This document shows positions 12,357 to 24,398 of a stretch of 64,000 nt of DNA, one piece after another (positions within the stretch are counted from its first letter, which is position 1; every line of letters starts with the position of its first letter). The position numbers and the translations under genes are program-made. Source of the stretch: an uncultured Acidobacteriota bacterium (GTDB taxonomy: Bacteria; Acidobacteriota; Terriglobia; UBA7540). The DNA is taken from contig CAWDSK010000006.1 in the NCBI GenBank assembly GCA_963804995.1, positions 1,056,001 through 1,120,000 of the forward strand, given 5' to 3'. Under the pieces are notes generated by a model. The model worked only from the letters and a program-made list of their open reading frames with translations, was not told the origin of the DNA and searched no databases.

Positions 12357-12683
12357 TCAGATCCACCGCCCCAGCAGACCCAGGGTATAGACCCCCACGC
12401 CACCGTACAGCAACAGAGGTTCAAGCCAGGCGCGGATGGAAACGAGGATAGGAAAATCAATGGTAGGCCAGGGCCCGTAGCCGCCCCAATAGACCTTCAT
12501 GAGAAGACCCAGGACGATCAGGGAGAGCGCCCGGTCGCGCATGTAGCGGCCGCGCCTGGGGCCAATCAAATAACGCCGGCCCCCATAAACGGTGCCGGAC
12601 GGCGCCTCAAAGGAGTTGTCACACTTGCGGCACTCGGTGGCGTTGTCATAGTTGGAATAACCACAGTACGGGCACTGTTTCAT
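12357..12683 (-). CDS. Zinc-ribbon membrane protein, hypothetical
   Basis: CPYC...CRKC at the N-terminus followed by two hydrophobic helices. Confidence 0.75.
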   Translation of the reverse strand: MKQCPYCGYSNYDNATECRKCDNSFEAPSGTVYGGRRYLIGPRRGRYMRDRALSLIVLGLLMKVYWGGYGPWPTIDFPILVSIRAWLEPLLLYGGVGVYTLGLLGRWI

Positions 12684-12768
12684 GGGAGTGAACCGCCATC
12701 ATCACGGGGAATTTTCGCTGCAACTGCCCGGAACTCGAGCGCACAACTTGTTCCCGTCCCGCAGAGCT

Positions 12769-14475
<1,707 letters not shown>

Positions 14476-14640
14476 AGGTCATGCCCCCCATAGGCAAGAA
14501 GCCAGCACACTTATACATATTAAAATGAAATTTGGCAACACCGCATCCCCGCCCCCGCGGTGCCACCCTCGGCAACCTGAAGCATATTTAAGATAAGCCG
14601 TCAATCTCCTGCGGCTCCAATAGATTAGATGTAATATACC

Positions 14641-16431
14641 TCAATTCGGTCTGCCTGCGGAGGAGTTTTTTTGCTCGCGCGACATCTCAACCAACTCTTT
14701 CCTTATCTTGAGTTTATCGGTATTTAGTTGGACAAGATGGGCATCATCACCCGCGTGTTGAGTTCTTTCAATCTCCGCTTGAATCGCCGCAAGCTGGCGC
14801 TCAAGCTTGTCCATCCGTAAGGAGCGCAGCGCCCCAAATGCCACCTCGAGCTTGGGTGGATCACCCGGCCAGAAAAGTGCGTCGAGCGCCACCTTCCGCT
14901 CAGCGTCCGAAAGTTCCACCTCGGTGCTGGTCACATCCAACTTTTCGCCGCGCTGGTGCGCTTCCCACATGCGAGTGAAAACACTTTCCCCTGCCAACCC
15001 CTCCACGGCGCCGGTCCGCACCAATTCGGGGAGCACCGCCTCCGCAATTTCTGCGCTCTCCAGGCACAAGCGCAGTAACTGTTTGACGGCGTGGTTGGCC
15101 TGCGTGGCGCGCGCCTCCCCTGACACGCGAAATTCCCCGCGACCCTCGCCCGCAGCGCGCCGCAGTTCGTCGCGTAGCAAGCGCTCATCCAAACGCAGCC
15201 GCTCCGCCAAACGTCCGGACAGCTCTGCGCGCAGCATGGGGTTCGGTACTTTGACGAGGTAAGGCAGCACAGCGTTAGCCGCCGCCACCTTCCCTTCCGG
15301 CGTGCGCACGTCATGTTTCGTTGCCGCGCGCTCGGTCAGATAATCGAGATAGGTGGGCGCGCCAGCCAGCAGCTCGCGATACGCCGCCGCCCCCTTCTTG
15401 CGAATGAACGAGTCCGGGTCAAGTCCGCCGGGCAGCGCCAGCACTTTGGCCTCGAACCCTTCCTCAAGCAGCAGCGCCAGGGAGCGCTCCGTGGCAGCCA
15501 TCCCCGCCGAGTCCGGGTCGTAATTCACTACCACGCGTTGCGAGTGGCGTTTCAGCAGCCGGATCTGCCCCTCCGTCAAGCTGGTCCCGCACGATGCAAC
15601 CACGTTTTCGATGCCGCTTGAGGCCACCGCAATGCAATCCATATAGCCCTCGACCAGAATCGTGTAGTCGAGTTTGCGAATGGCTTGCCCGGCGCGGTCA
15701 AGATGATACAACAGCCGGCTCTTGGTGTAGATCGCCGTCTCAGGTGAGTTCAGGTACTTGGGCTGATCGTCGCCCAGCGCCCGGCCCGCAAACGCCACCA
15801 CCTTGCCGCTCTCATTGGCGATGGGGAAAATGATGCGGCGGCGGAAGCGATCGTAATACCGTTGGCGCTCGGCATCGAAAATGATCAGGCCGCTCTTCTC
15901 CAAGACCTCTTTTTCAAAGTCCGCACCGGTTAGATGCCGGGTAAGCGCCTGGCCGTCCCCGGGAGCGTAGCCGAAGCGGAACCGCCCGACGATTTCGTCC
16001 GTAACGCCGCGGTCGGCAAGATAGGCGCGCGCCATGCGGCCCTCCGCCGACCCTCCAAGCTGGGCAGCAAAAAACTTGGAGGCAACCTCATGCACCTTTT
16101 GCAGCCCGGCGCGCAGCTTGGTGTTCGCGTCGTAGGTCTCATCGCCCGCCCGTTCTTCCAGGTGAACGCCCACCTTTTCCGCCACGCGCCGAAGCGCTTC
16201 GGGAAAGGTCAGGTTTTCAATCTGCATCACGAATTTAAAAACGTCGCCGCCCACTCCACACCCGAAGCAGTGGAAGATCTGCTTCACCGGATGCACCGCG
16301 AAGGAAGGCGTTTTTTCCTGGTGGAACGGGCAAAGGCCCATGTAATTCGCGCCCGCCTTGCGCAGCTTGACGTAGTCGCCCACAATCTTGACTATGTCCG
16401 CCGCCGTCCGAACTTGGTCGACTTGGCTCAT
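14641..16431 (-). CDS. dnaG: DNA primase
   Basis: CPFH...CFGC zinc finger, KYLNSPET, EGYMD and the TOPRIM DxD motif. Confidence 0.98.
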   Translation of the reverse strand: MSQVDQVRTAADIVKIVGDYVKLRKAGANYMGLCPFHQEKTPSFAVHPVKQIFHCFGCGVGGDVFKFVMQIENLTFPEALRRVAEKVGVHLEERAGDETYDANTKLRAGLQKVHEVASKFFAAQLGGSAEGRMARAYLADRGVTDEIVGRFRFGYAPGDGQALTRHLTGADFEKEVLEKSGLIIFDAERQRYYDRFRRRIIFPIANESGKVVAFAGRALGDDQPKYLNSPETAIYTKSRLLYHLDRAGQAIRKLDYTILVEGYMDCIAVASSGIENVVASCGTSLTEGQIRLLKRHSQRVVVNYDPDSAGMAATERSLALLLEEGFEAKVLALPGGLDPDSFIRKKGAAAYRELLAGAPTYLDYLTERAATKHDVRTPEGKVAAANAVLPYLVKVPNPMLRAELSGRLAERLRLDERLLRDELRRAAGEGRGEFRVSGEARATQANHAVKQLLRLCLESAEIAEAVLPELVRTGAVEGLAGESVFTRMWEAHQRGEKLDVTSTEVELSDAERKVALDALFWPGDPPKLEVAFGALRSLRMDKLERQLAAIQAEIERTQHAGDDAHLVQLNTDKLKIRKELVEMSREQKNSSAGRPN

Positions 16432-16440
16432 GAGGAGAAG

Positions 16441-16602
16441 AAGTTAGGAGTTAGGAGTCAGGAGCCAGGAGCTCGAAGACAGGCGACAGGAGACGGGATG
16501 CGGGAAACGGCAGACAGGCGTCCAAAAATGGATGTGTAATCCCGTATTTCGGATGCCGCCACCCGGCTCCTGACTCCTAGCTCCTAACTCCTGGCTCCTG
16601 CT
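16441..16602. repeat. Inverted pair of 7-mer arrays (GGAGTCA / TGACTCC types)
   Basis: AGGAGTT-AGGAGTC-AGGAGCC at the left and CTCCTGA-CTCCTAG-CTCCTAA-CTCCTGG at the right, directly upstream of dnaG. Confidence 0.85.
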
Positions 16603-16604
16603 TT

Positions 16605-17240
16605 CTAAAGCATTACAATATTCGACGCGGGCTTCCGGAATTCCTCCGCCGGAAATTGTCCACGCAGCAGGTCGAGATAGGCGCGGCCCTTGGGCCGGCC
16701 ATTCGCGTGGGCGGCGCAAAGTTGGGTGAGAAAAATCAGCGCATCCCGGAATTCGCCATCGCGCATCGTGGTCATGCCCGCGCGCTCGGTCTCGGCTTTC
16801 TTGAATTCTTCAATCGCACCCTTCAGCGCCTCGTACATGCCGCGCTGCAGCAGGTTGACCGGAGGCTGCTCGTAGTAAATGCCACTCGACAACGTGCGGT
16901 AGCTTTCCGCCAGCGTCTGGAGCATGGCCAGGACGTCCGTATCTACCACATCGCGATGGTTGACCGCAAATTCCAGGAGAGCATGATCAAGCGCCCCCAG
17001 CAGCGGCTCATGCGCCTCAATGAAACTGCGGGGGATTTTGACATCCGCGAAAGGGACTTTCGACCAATCGACTTTCCGGTGCTCGGCGTCATAGGCGCGG
17101 CTGGCGGCAAGGTAGACACAATCAGAAGGACAATCGATCGTTACCTCGCGCTCCGTGCCGCAACAAACGGAGCAAATGCTCTCCGCCCGCGCTGGGCACA
17201 TCCGCTTGGCTTTATGCTTCTGGCAGATTGGACACGTCAA
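16605..17240 (-). CDS. Hypothetical protein with a Cys-rich N-terminal metal-binding domain
   Basis: CPIC-x8-CP-x6-CSVCC-x9-CPSDC; coding-like composition; co-oriented with dnaG. Confidence 0.8.
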   Translation of the reverse strand: MTCPICQKHKAKRMCPARAESICSVCCGTEREVTIDCPSDCVYLAASRAYDAEHRKVDWSKVPFADVKIPRSFIEAHEPLLGALDHALLEFAVNHRDVVDTDVLAMLQTLAESYRTLSSGIYYEQPPVNLLQRGMYEALKGAIEEFKKAETERAGMTTMRDGEFRDALIFLTQLCAAHANGRPKGRAYLDLLRGQFPAEEFRKPASNIVML

Positions 17241-17487
17241 GGCTCACTCCCACTGCGGCCACAGCAGGTTTTCCGTGCATTAGCAGCGTCCTCACTGCCC
17301 TCAGGCTTCCGCACGCGAATTGTGGGGAACGGCAACTACTGGCTGCGGCCCGCAAGTTTGAAAACTACAATTATGCCACATTTCACCCCGACTATGCCGG
17401 ACCGGCACAGGATTGTTTTTCCTGCATCCCAATCTGCAGTATCATCCGTCGCGTCAAACTCTACGTCAGCTTTCAGAAGGCGACCTC

Positions 17488-20214
17488 ATGAAACCCCGCA
17501 CTGCAATCGCTTTTTCCCTGCTCGTTCTTTCGATTGGAATCAGCCGCGCGCAGGCTGCCGGTCCCGTCATCGTGCGCGAGCAAGGCGCCGTGCTCACCCT
17601 TGCGAACGATTACCTGGAGCGCACCATCGAGGTCACCGGCGGCGGTGTACACACGCTGCGCCTCGTGAACAAGCTCTCCGGCCGAACCCATGAAGTACAG
17701 GGCGAAGAATTCGAGCTGAAGCTCATCTTCGAGCGCGTGGGCTACACCTTCGGCGGTGAGAACCCCCTGGTGCTGACTTCGCGCGACCTGCGGGTGACGG
17801 GTCACGAGGTCGAAGACGTCCCCAGCGGTGGCAAGCGCGCCGTTTATCATTTGGCGCTCCCGAACAGTCCGCAACTGAAAACCGGCCTGGAAGCCACGCT
17901 CACCTATGAGCTCAAGCCCGACGACTCCTACACGCGCCAATGGATTGGACTGAAGACTACCGGCCAGGGAACATTCTTCATCGATTCAGTCGCCCCGGGC
18001 AAGAACGATTGGCGGGCCGACAACTTTCGACTGGGCGGTTTTGGCCAGCCGCTTTTTTCTGACGACCTTTTCATGGGCCTCGAGTATCCCACCAGCCTCA
18101 ACACTGCGCGCCAATCCTCGGTCTCCCTGGGGGGCATTGTGGGCCTCAACATTCCGCCGGAAGGCTACGAGAGCCAACCCGCCGTCATCGGGGTTGCCGC
18201 CCCGGGGCACGTTCACCAGGCGTTCCTCGAGTACGTCGGCCGCATCCGCGCCGTGCCGGTGCGCCCGTTCATCACTTACAACTCCTGGTACGACCTCCAG
18301 AGCACGGCCATGACCAACGAGCTGTTGCTCGAGCGCGTGAAGCAGCTTGACGAGCAGCTTGTGAATAAATACGGCATTCCCCTGCAATCATTCCTCCTCG
18401 ATGACGCCTGGGACGACGACCAGAACAACATCTGGGTTCCCGATCCCCGCCGTTTTCCCTCGAGCTTCCGCGACCTCCAAGCCGCGCTCGGGGATATTCA
18501 TAGCCACCTGGGCCTGTGGTTAGGGCCCATCGGCGGCTACAGTCTGCGGCATTTCCGCGTGGACGCCGGCCGCAAGATGGGTATGGAGGTCACCTCGAAC
18601 GGCGAGTTCCTATGCCTGGCCGGCCGCAACTATAGCCGCTATTTCCGCGAAACCCTGGTGGGCCTGATGCGCAACTTCGGCGTCAACCAATTCAAGCTCG
18701 ATGGTCTGCCCTTCGGCTGCAACGATCCGAATCACGGCCACCCCGTGGGCATCTATTCGCGCGAAGCCGACCTGCGTTCTTTCCTTGAAACGCTTGAAGC
18801 CCTGCGTGCTGAGAATCACGAGATTTTCCTCGACGTGACCACCAGCACCTGGCTCAGTCCCTGGTGGCTGCGCTGGGCCGACACCATCTGGGAGGGCGGC
18901 GCGGATTACGGCTACCTGGAAACCGTTCCCACCCTCACGGAGCGCCAGAGTTCCATGAACTATCGCGACCTCGTGCTTTACAACGATTTCGTTCGCCACG
19001 AAGTGCAGTTCCCCATGTCGTCGTTGTGGACGCAGAGTGTCATCAAGGGCACGTATCTCGAGCTGGGCGGCAAGAACGAGTCTCTGGAGGATTGGCAGGA
19101 CCACCTGGTGAACTTTTTCGGGGTGGGCAGCCAGTTAAACGAGCTCTACATCACGCCCTCGCTCTTGAAGCCCGCCGAGTGGGAGGCGCTGGGGAGTTCG
19201 CTCCAATGGGCCGTGGCCAACGCGCACCCCCTGCTCGATAATGGCGCCTGGGTGCTGGGCGATCCCGCCCGGCGCGAGCCCTACGGCTACCTGCACTATT
19301 CGCCGCAGAAAACCATTCTGATGCTGCGCAATCCCTTCGTGCGCCCCGTCGTGGCCAATGTGAAGCTCAACGCGCCCGCCGGTTTTGAACCCAGCGACCA
19401 GACATTCCAGGCGGAAGTCAGCTATCCCTATCGCCAGGCCCTGCCGGGTGTGTTTCGCTCCGGCGACACGCTGTACCTGAAGCTGGATGGCTACGAACAC
19501 CGGATTATTGAGCTGCGTCCGCTTGCCACGGGTGAAGTACGACTTGCCGGCGTGCGGTACACCGTTAACCCCGCAACCAACAGCGAAGTAAGTTTCAAGG
19601 TCTATGCGCCGGAGGGAGCGAACGTGGTGGCGGAGCTTTTCAATCCTTCCGCTTTCAACGAGGTGAGCGTCGATGGTGAAAAGGTGGAAATTAAGGTCGG
19701 CGCCGAGGCAGGCACGCTGGCGCTGCATTTCGGCAAAAAACTTGCCCGCGAAACGACGCCCAAGTTTTCCGCGCCCACCATTCGCACCGCCGTGGACAGC
19801 GTTGTAAGAGTTGCGATCACAGTTGAAGTCCCCGTCGATTTCCACGAAACCAAGGCTTCCCTGCTGCTCGAATCCGCCGCTCCCGGTGTGGAGGTGAAAG
19901 CCGAAGCGCGTGACAACTCGAAGCCCCTTTCCGTCGCCGTAGTCAAGAGTCCCAAGAGTGCATGGCAATGGTTCACGGTGGACCTCATACCAGGCAGCCA
20001 TGCGCTGGAGTTTGATCTGCATATTCCTACGGGGTCGCTGCCAGGGACGCAACTCTCCGGCTGGCTGCGCGCAAAACGCGCCCTGGCCGCCAAGGATGTA
20101 CGGCTGAAGCTTGGACCTGGCCGGCAACTGGCCCCACCTCCGCGGAACCTGCTTCCTGCCTCAACGGAAATCGAAAAGCTCACCTACGCGCTGTTTGAGG
20201 AAACGCCCTTGTAG
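17488..20214 (+). CDS. Secreted glycoside hydrolase, GH36/clan D (alpha-galactosidase-like)
   Basis: Signal peptide; YNSWY, FLLDDAWD, GLWLGP and FKLDG motifs typical of the clan GH-D TIM barrel. Confidence 0.7.
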   Translation: MKPRTAIAFSLLVLSIGISRAQAAGPVIVREQGAVLTLANDYLERTIEVTGGGVHTLRLVNKLSGRTHEVQGEEFELKLIFERVGYTFGGENPLVLTSRDLRVTGHEVEDVPSGGKRAVYHLALPNSPQLKTGLEATLTYELKPDDSYTRQWIGLKTTGQGTFFIDSVAPGKNDWRADNFRLGGFGQPLFSDDLFMGLEYPTSLNTARQSSVSLGGIVGLNIPPEGYESQPAVIGVAAPGHVHQAFLEYVGRIRAVPVRPFITYNSWYDLQSTAMTNELLLERVKQLDEQLVNKYGIPLQSFLLDDAWDDDQNNIWVPDPRRFPSSFRDLQAALGDIHSHLGLWLGPIGGYSLRHFRVDAGRKMGMEVTSNGEFLCLAGRNYSRYFRETLVGLMRNFGVNQFKLDGLPFGCNDPNHGHPVGIYSREADLRSFLETLEALRAENHEIFLDVTTSTWLSPWWLRWADTIWEGGADYGYLETVPTLTERQSSMNYRDLVLYNDFVRHEVQFPMSSLWTQSVIKGTYLELGGKNESLEDWQDHLVNFFGVGSQLNELYITPSLLKPAEWEALGSSLQWAVANAHPLLDNGAWVLGDPARREPYGYLHYSPQKTILMLRNPFVRPVVANVKLNAPAGFEPSDQTFQAEVSYPYRQALPGVFRSGDTLYLKLDGYEHRIIELRPLATGEVRLAGVRYTVNPATNSEVSFKVYAPEGANVVAELFNPSAFNEVSVDGEKVEIKVGAEAGTLALHFGKKLARETTPKFSAPTIRTAVDSVVRVAITVEVPVDFHETKASLLLESAAPGVEVKAEARDNSKPLSVAVVKSPKSAWQWFTVDLIPGSHALEFDLHIPTGSLPGTQLSGWLRAKRALAAKDVRLKLGPGRQLAPPPRNLLPASTEIEKLTYALFEETPL

Positions 20215-20268
20215 TAGCAACCCTGTATCAGGCTAGTCGAAATTGCAGCGGCCGTACGGTAGTACAGG

Positions 20269-20651
20269 CACTCCTGCCTGTGCATATGGCTCGAGGTTCG
20301 AGCCTAACGTCACAGCCAGGAGTGGCCGTGCCACAGCCTCGCGGTAGGCTGGCGCAGCGCGAGCCAACCGTGATCGTGAATTCATAGCCCTCTCCGAGGG
20401 GAGAGGGTGGACCGCCGCCGGCGTTTTCATCAGCCGGGGCGGGACGGGTGAGGGGTTGCTTCGCAGCCGATGCATATGGACCGAATGTTGTGATCGCTCA
20501 AATGCGGCACGTCCGCTCCACCCGCGTGATTGTGAATTCATAGCCCTCTCCGAGGGGAGAGGGTGGACCGCAGCCGGCGTTTTCATCAGCCGGGGCGGGA
20601 CGGGTGAGGGGTTACTTCGCAGCCGCCTCTACATCAGAATGCACCCCTACC
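20269..20651. repeat. Composite repeat cluster: GTAG-type REP pair, two tandem family A copies, and a family B MITE end
   Basis: Family A at 20387-20455 and 20543-20611; CTACATCAGAATGCACCCCTACC at 20629-20651 resembles the family B right TIR. Confidence 0.85.
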
Positions 20652-20725
20652 CCCCCGTTGACTTGAGCGGATTCGAGGGGTACCCTGAGGGAAATCGAGC
20701 TCTCGCGCGGAAAGGAGGCACACCC

Positions 20726-21328
20726 ATGAGTTACAAAGTGCGGCCTTTCGCCTGGGTAATTGGGACTGCCCTCATCCTCTCCCTGATGTTGGTCAACTCC
20801 CTGACGGCAGGGCAAGCGCCGATGTCCCTTGGCGACCTCGCTCGCAAGGAGCGAGCCAAGCTGGATAAAAACGCCAAAAATCCAGCGCGAGTCTTCACCA
20901 ACGACGATTTCGCCCTTCATCCTCCCAGCCCGCCCCCTGCCCCCGGGTCGGAAAAGTCGGTGGATCAGAACCGCTTGGACTCCGCCGCTCTGCCTGCGGA
21001 GCTTCACAACGAAGCCTATTTCCGCGGCAAGACGAAGGAGTTACGACAAAAGTTGGCGGACGACAAGGAGTTCCTTGCAAGGATCCAACAGGAGGTCATT
21101 GAGCACGATGAGGATTTCCCGAGCAGTGACTACTTGCCCCCGCGGTGGGATGTAACCAGGACCGATTCCTATCAGATCTGGGCCTCCGAAGACGAGCGCT
21201 TGCGAAACTTGATACAGTCGCAGGAAAAAAGGATTGCCCGGGATGAGCAGGCCGCTGTGGACTTGCTCGAACAGTGCCGGCGCGACCTCTGCGAACCGGA
21301 ATGGGTCCGACAGTCCCCCCTCCCATGA
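20726..21328 (+). CDS. Secreted hypothetical protein with a coiled-coil region
   Basis: SD AAAGGAGG before ATG 20726; signal peptide; SLGDLARKER...VFTNDD. The longer ORF start runs through repeats. Confidence 0.75.
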   Translation: MSYKVRPFAWVIGTALILSLMLVNSLTAGQAPMSLGDLARKERAKLDKNAKNPARVFTNDDFALHPPSPPPAPGSEKSVDQNRLDSAALPAELHNEAYFRGKTKELRQKLADDKEFLARIQQEVIEHDEDFPSSDYLPPRWDVTRTDSYQIWASEDERLRNLIQSQEKRIARDEQAAVDLLEQCRRDLCEPEWVRQSPLP

Positions 21329-21404
21329 CAACCAAAAGCCGCTGACCTACAGGACAGGTCAGCGCTACATGCTTCCATCCGCAATCCTATTGCGATGGCT
21401 TTCT

Positions 21405-21735
21405 ACTTTTGCCTTTTGCATTTTGCCTTTCATTTGCGGCCCCGCCGCGCTGCGCTCTGCCCCAACCAGCGCTGATAGTGAATTCATAGCCCTCTCCCGT
21501 GGGGAGAGGGTGGACCGCCGCCGGCGTCTTCATCAGCCGGGGCGGGACGGGCCTACGCCCACCGAAGGGGCACCTGGGAGCAGTAAACAACTTTAGCTTC
21601 GGCCCGCAGGCGGGTGAGGGGTTACTTCGTAGCCGATGATAGCGACTGAATGTTGTGATCACCTAATGCGGCACTTAGGCGCCACCCGCGAGGTTCGAGC
21701 CTAACGACACAGCCAGGAGTGGCTGTGCTACCCCC
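21405..21735. repeat. 7-mer run plus a family A REP carrying a nested 63-bp insertion
   Basis: TTTTGC(C/A) run; family A split at GACGGG|TGAGGGG by CCTACGCCCACCGAAG...CTTCGGCCCGCAGGCGGG. Confidence 0.85.
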
Positions 21736-21736
21736 C

Positions 21737-22960
21737 TTACGCGGCATTCTCTCGTGCCATCCGGAAGACTCTCCGGGCGTTGTCGCCATAAACTTTTCGC
21801 AGGATTTCGTCCGGCAAAGCCAGGCCATAAAGCGGCCAGTGGTAATCGAAGTTGCTTGTATATCCCTGAATTTCGGAATCCCACCACTGATAATCGTGGA
21901 AGTCGACCGTCATCCCCGGAACTACGGGATCCCACATATAGAAATGGTCATCGGACGACTCCAGTATCCGGAACGTCGTGCTGAACATGAGCTGGGTGTA
22001 GGGCATGTCCGTCCCATAGAGCACTCGGTCCTGGTATTGTTCGAAGAACCTCGCGGCGGACCTGGCCAGGGGCGAGATCTCCGCGAACCGGCCCGCGAGG
22101 TCAACATAAAGATTGGGATGGCGATCGAGGATCTGGCCCAGGCGCGCCAGGTCGTACTCCAGGTTGGCGAGGTGGCAGGCGATGAACGTCGTCCTGGGAT
22201 GCTTCTTTACGGCGCGCTCCATGCTCTCAATCATTTCGTCGTGCCCCCGGACGCCCGGGCCCATTTTCATCCTCCAGGTGTAGCAATTCATCAGCCCGTC
22301 ATTGGTATTGTCCATGGGCTCGTAGGCCCAGATCGGTTCCGCGACGTGCATATTGATGGGCATTCCCAGGCGCGCGCATTGGTCGTAAAGCGGGTCCATG
22401 CGCGCATCGTCCAGGTGCGGCCCGGTGGCGGATCGTCCGGCCGTTCCCGCAAAGATGCCGCTGCCCTTGTCAATCACTTCTCCCACGCCCCGCGCGCCCA
22501 GACGATGGCACTCTTCGAGCGCCTGGGCGGCGTTCGGCCCAAAGCCCGGCTGGTCGCTCCCCGAGAGGTCGAAGCCGCACCATAAATCAAAACGGTTGAG
22601 ATAGCGGGAGTACAACTGGCGGGTTTCGGAGAATTTTTCCGGCCGGCCGGTGGTTACGAACATCACGCTCTTCTCCATGCCCACCGCATCCATCAGGTTG
22701 ACGTACTTATCGAGTTGCGCCGGGGAGTTGGCGAGCGCCGCATGGTTGTGCGCATCGAAGATCGGATACTTGGCTTTCCGGATCTCCGTCCGGGGGATTC
22801 TGTAGAGGGAGCGGGGGCGGTAGTCTTTGAGGAGAAGCTTGTCCGGTGAGGTCTCAGACACGATCGCTGCGCTCGGCGCCTGATGGGCGCGCGCTGATCC
22901 CGGTCGCACCACGGCGGCCGCTCCTGAAAGCCTTAGCCATTGTCTGCGATTCATGGGCAT
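21737..22960 (-). CDS. Tat-exported amidohydrolase (Amidohydro_2 type)
   Basis: NRRQWL twin-arginine signal; DAHNH, GVGE, MHVAE, ACH and YGTD metal-binding motifs. Confidence 0.88.
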   Translation of the reverse strand: MPMNRRQWLRLSGAAAVVRPGSARAHQAPSAAIVSETSPDKLLLKDYRPRSLYRIPRTEIRKAKYPIFDAHNHAALANSPAQLDKYVNLMDAVGMEKSVMFVTTGRPEKFSETRQLYSRYLNRFDLWCGFDLSGSDQPGFGPNAAQALEECHRLGARGVGEVIDKGSGIFAGTAGRSATGPHLDDARMDPLYDQCARLGMPINMHVAEPIWAYEPMDNTNDGLMNCYTWRMKMGPGVRGHDEMIESMERAVKKHPRTTFIACHLANLEYDLARLGQILDRHPNLYVDLAGRFAEISPLARSAARFFEQYQDRVLYGTDMPYTQLMFSTTFRILESSDDHFYMWDPVVPGMTVDFHDYQWWDSEIQGYTSNFDYHWPLYGLALPDEILRKVYGDNARRVFRMARENAA

Positions 22961-23098
22961 TCCTTTGTCGGTTCTGCGTTGTCCGACAGCCCTTACGGGC
23001 TGCAGGGTTCGCATTTTAGCATCCGACCGGCTTCCGGACCGCCGTTTGACCGCACTGCGCTAACTGCTCAAATCGGCGGGATAGAAATTGAAATCATA

Positions 23099-23335
23099 GC
23101 CCTCTCCGTGGGGTCGCAGATCCGCCGTGGCGGAAGAGGGTGGCGCGCTGTCCCGATGCACTTGATCGGGAAGCGCGACGGGCCTACGCCCACCGAAGGG
23201 GCGCCTGGGAGCTGTGAACGAATCGAGCTTCGGCCCGCAGGCGGGTGAGGGGTTATTTCGTAGCCGATACATATAGACCGAATGTTGTGCCCTCATACAT
23301 GCCAAAATGCTGCGCGTATGCGCCACCCGCGAAGG
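23099..23335. repeat. Family A REP with several nested palindromic insertions
   Basis: Same 63-bp insert as at 21552, plus TCCGCCGTGGCGGA and TCCCGAT-N6-ATCGGGA mini-palindromes. Confidence 0.8.
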
Positions 23336-23340
23336 ACGGG

Positions 23341-23551
23341 TTCACCACTGAGAGCACAGAGGTCACAGAGAAACGCAAGTCAGGAGTCAGAAGCAAGAAA
23401 TAAGTTTGCCCTTCTCCAACCTCCTGGCTCTTTTTCTCTGTGTTCTCTGTGATCTCTGTGGTGAATAGGTTTTTGAGTTTCGGTGACAGGAAGCAGGATG
23501 CTTAGCGAAAGGACAGATTCACCACAGAGGACACAGAGGTCACAGAGAAAA
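23341..23551. repeat. 9-nt-period CACAGAG repeat element with inverted arms
   Basis: TTCACCACTGAGAGCACAGAGGTCACAGAGAA and TTCTCTGTGTTCTCTGTGATCTCTGTGGTGAA, with a third arm at ~23518. Confidence 0.8.
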
Positions 23552-23828
23552 GCTTAAAAAAAACAAGAATTTACGAATTTGCGCTGCAGAGTCCACGGCA
23601 ACAGACGGGCCGGGTGTGAGGGGTGCCAGGGTCTAGCGGAGAACCGCCATGAGCAGGGACTTTTCACTTTTGCCTTTTGCACTTTGCATTTTGCATTTTG
23701 CCTTTCGCCTTGCCCTTCCGGATCCGCCGCGCTCAAATCCCCACTTGCAGAGACCACCCTCCACGGGCATATTTATAATTCTTTTGGATTGGACCAACAG
23801 AATGGGGTCCTCAACCGTTTAACAAGTT

Positions 23829-24398
23829 ATGAACGAACAGTCCATGGCCCAAGCCCTTCCGGTCGTCGTAGCTAGTGACCCGAGCGAGCGCTTGGCCTCC
23901 TTGTTCGACGTGCATCACGATCGTCTCTACCGCCTGGCGAGGCGGCTTGCACCCAGCTCGGACGATGCTCTCGACCTCGTTCAGGAAACGTTTCTAAAGG
24001 CGGCGCGATTCCCGAAGTCCATACCCGTGGGCGCCACGCAGGAGGAGGCATGGCTCGTGCGGGTGCTCATCAACATCCGCCGTGACCAGTGGCGGAAAAC
24101 CTCGGTTCGTGACCGTCGCGATAAAGCTGCGGTCGGTGGCGGCCCTGCAGCGAGTGGCGGCGGAAACCCGGAAGCGGCGCTCATAGCCAGAACTGCCGTA
24201 TGGGAAGCACTCAACGTCCTGCCTCCCCGCCGTCGTGCCATCGTCGTCATGGTTGAACTGGAGGGATTGGCCGTTCCGGCGATTGCGTCCCTCCTGGGCA
24301 TCAGCGCCATCACGGTCCGTTGGCACCTGTCGATGGGTAGGCGCGATTTGACCCGCGCCCTTAAGGCTTATCTGGGAGACACCCATGAAAAATCTTAA
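23829..24398 (+). CDS. ECF RNA polymerase sigma factor
   Basis: Region 2 DALDLVQETFLKA/AWL and region 4 LPPRRRAIV...IASLLGISAITVRWHLS. Confidence 0.92.
   Translation: MNEQSMAQALPVVVASDPSERLASLFDVHHDRLYRLARRLAPSSDDALDLVQETFLKAARFPKSIPVGATQEEAWLVRVLINIRRDQWRKTSVRDRRDKAAVGGGPAASGGGNPEAALIARTAVWEALNVLPPRRRAIVVMVELEGLAVPAIASLLGISAITVRWHLSMGRRDLTRALKAYLGDTHEKS

Noticed and set aside
20370..23335. CRISPR array or integron attC cassette array
   Set aside because: The repeats are long, irregularly spaced, in both orientations and dispersed through the window; there are no constant-length spacers, cas genes or integrase
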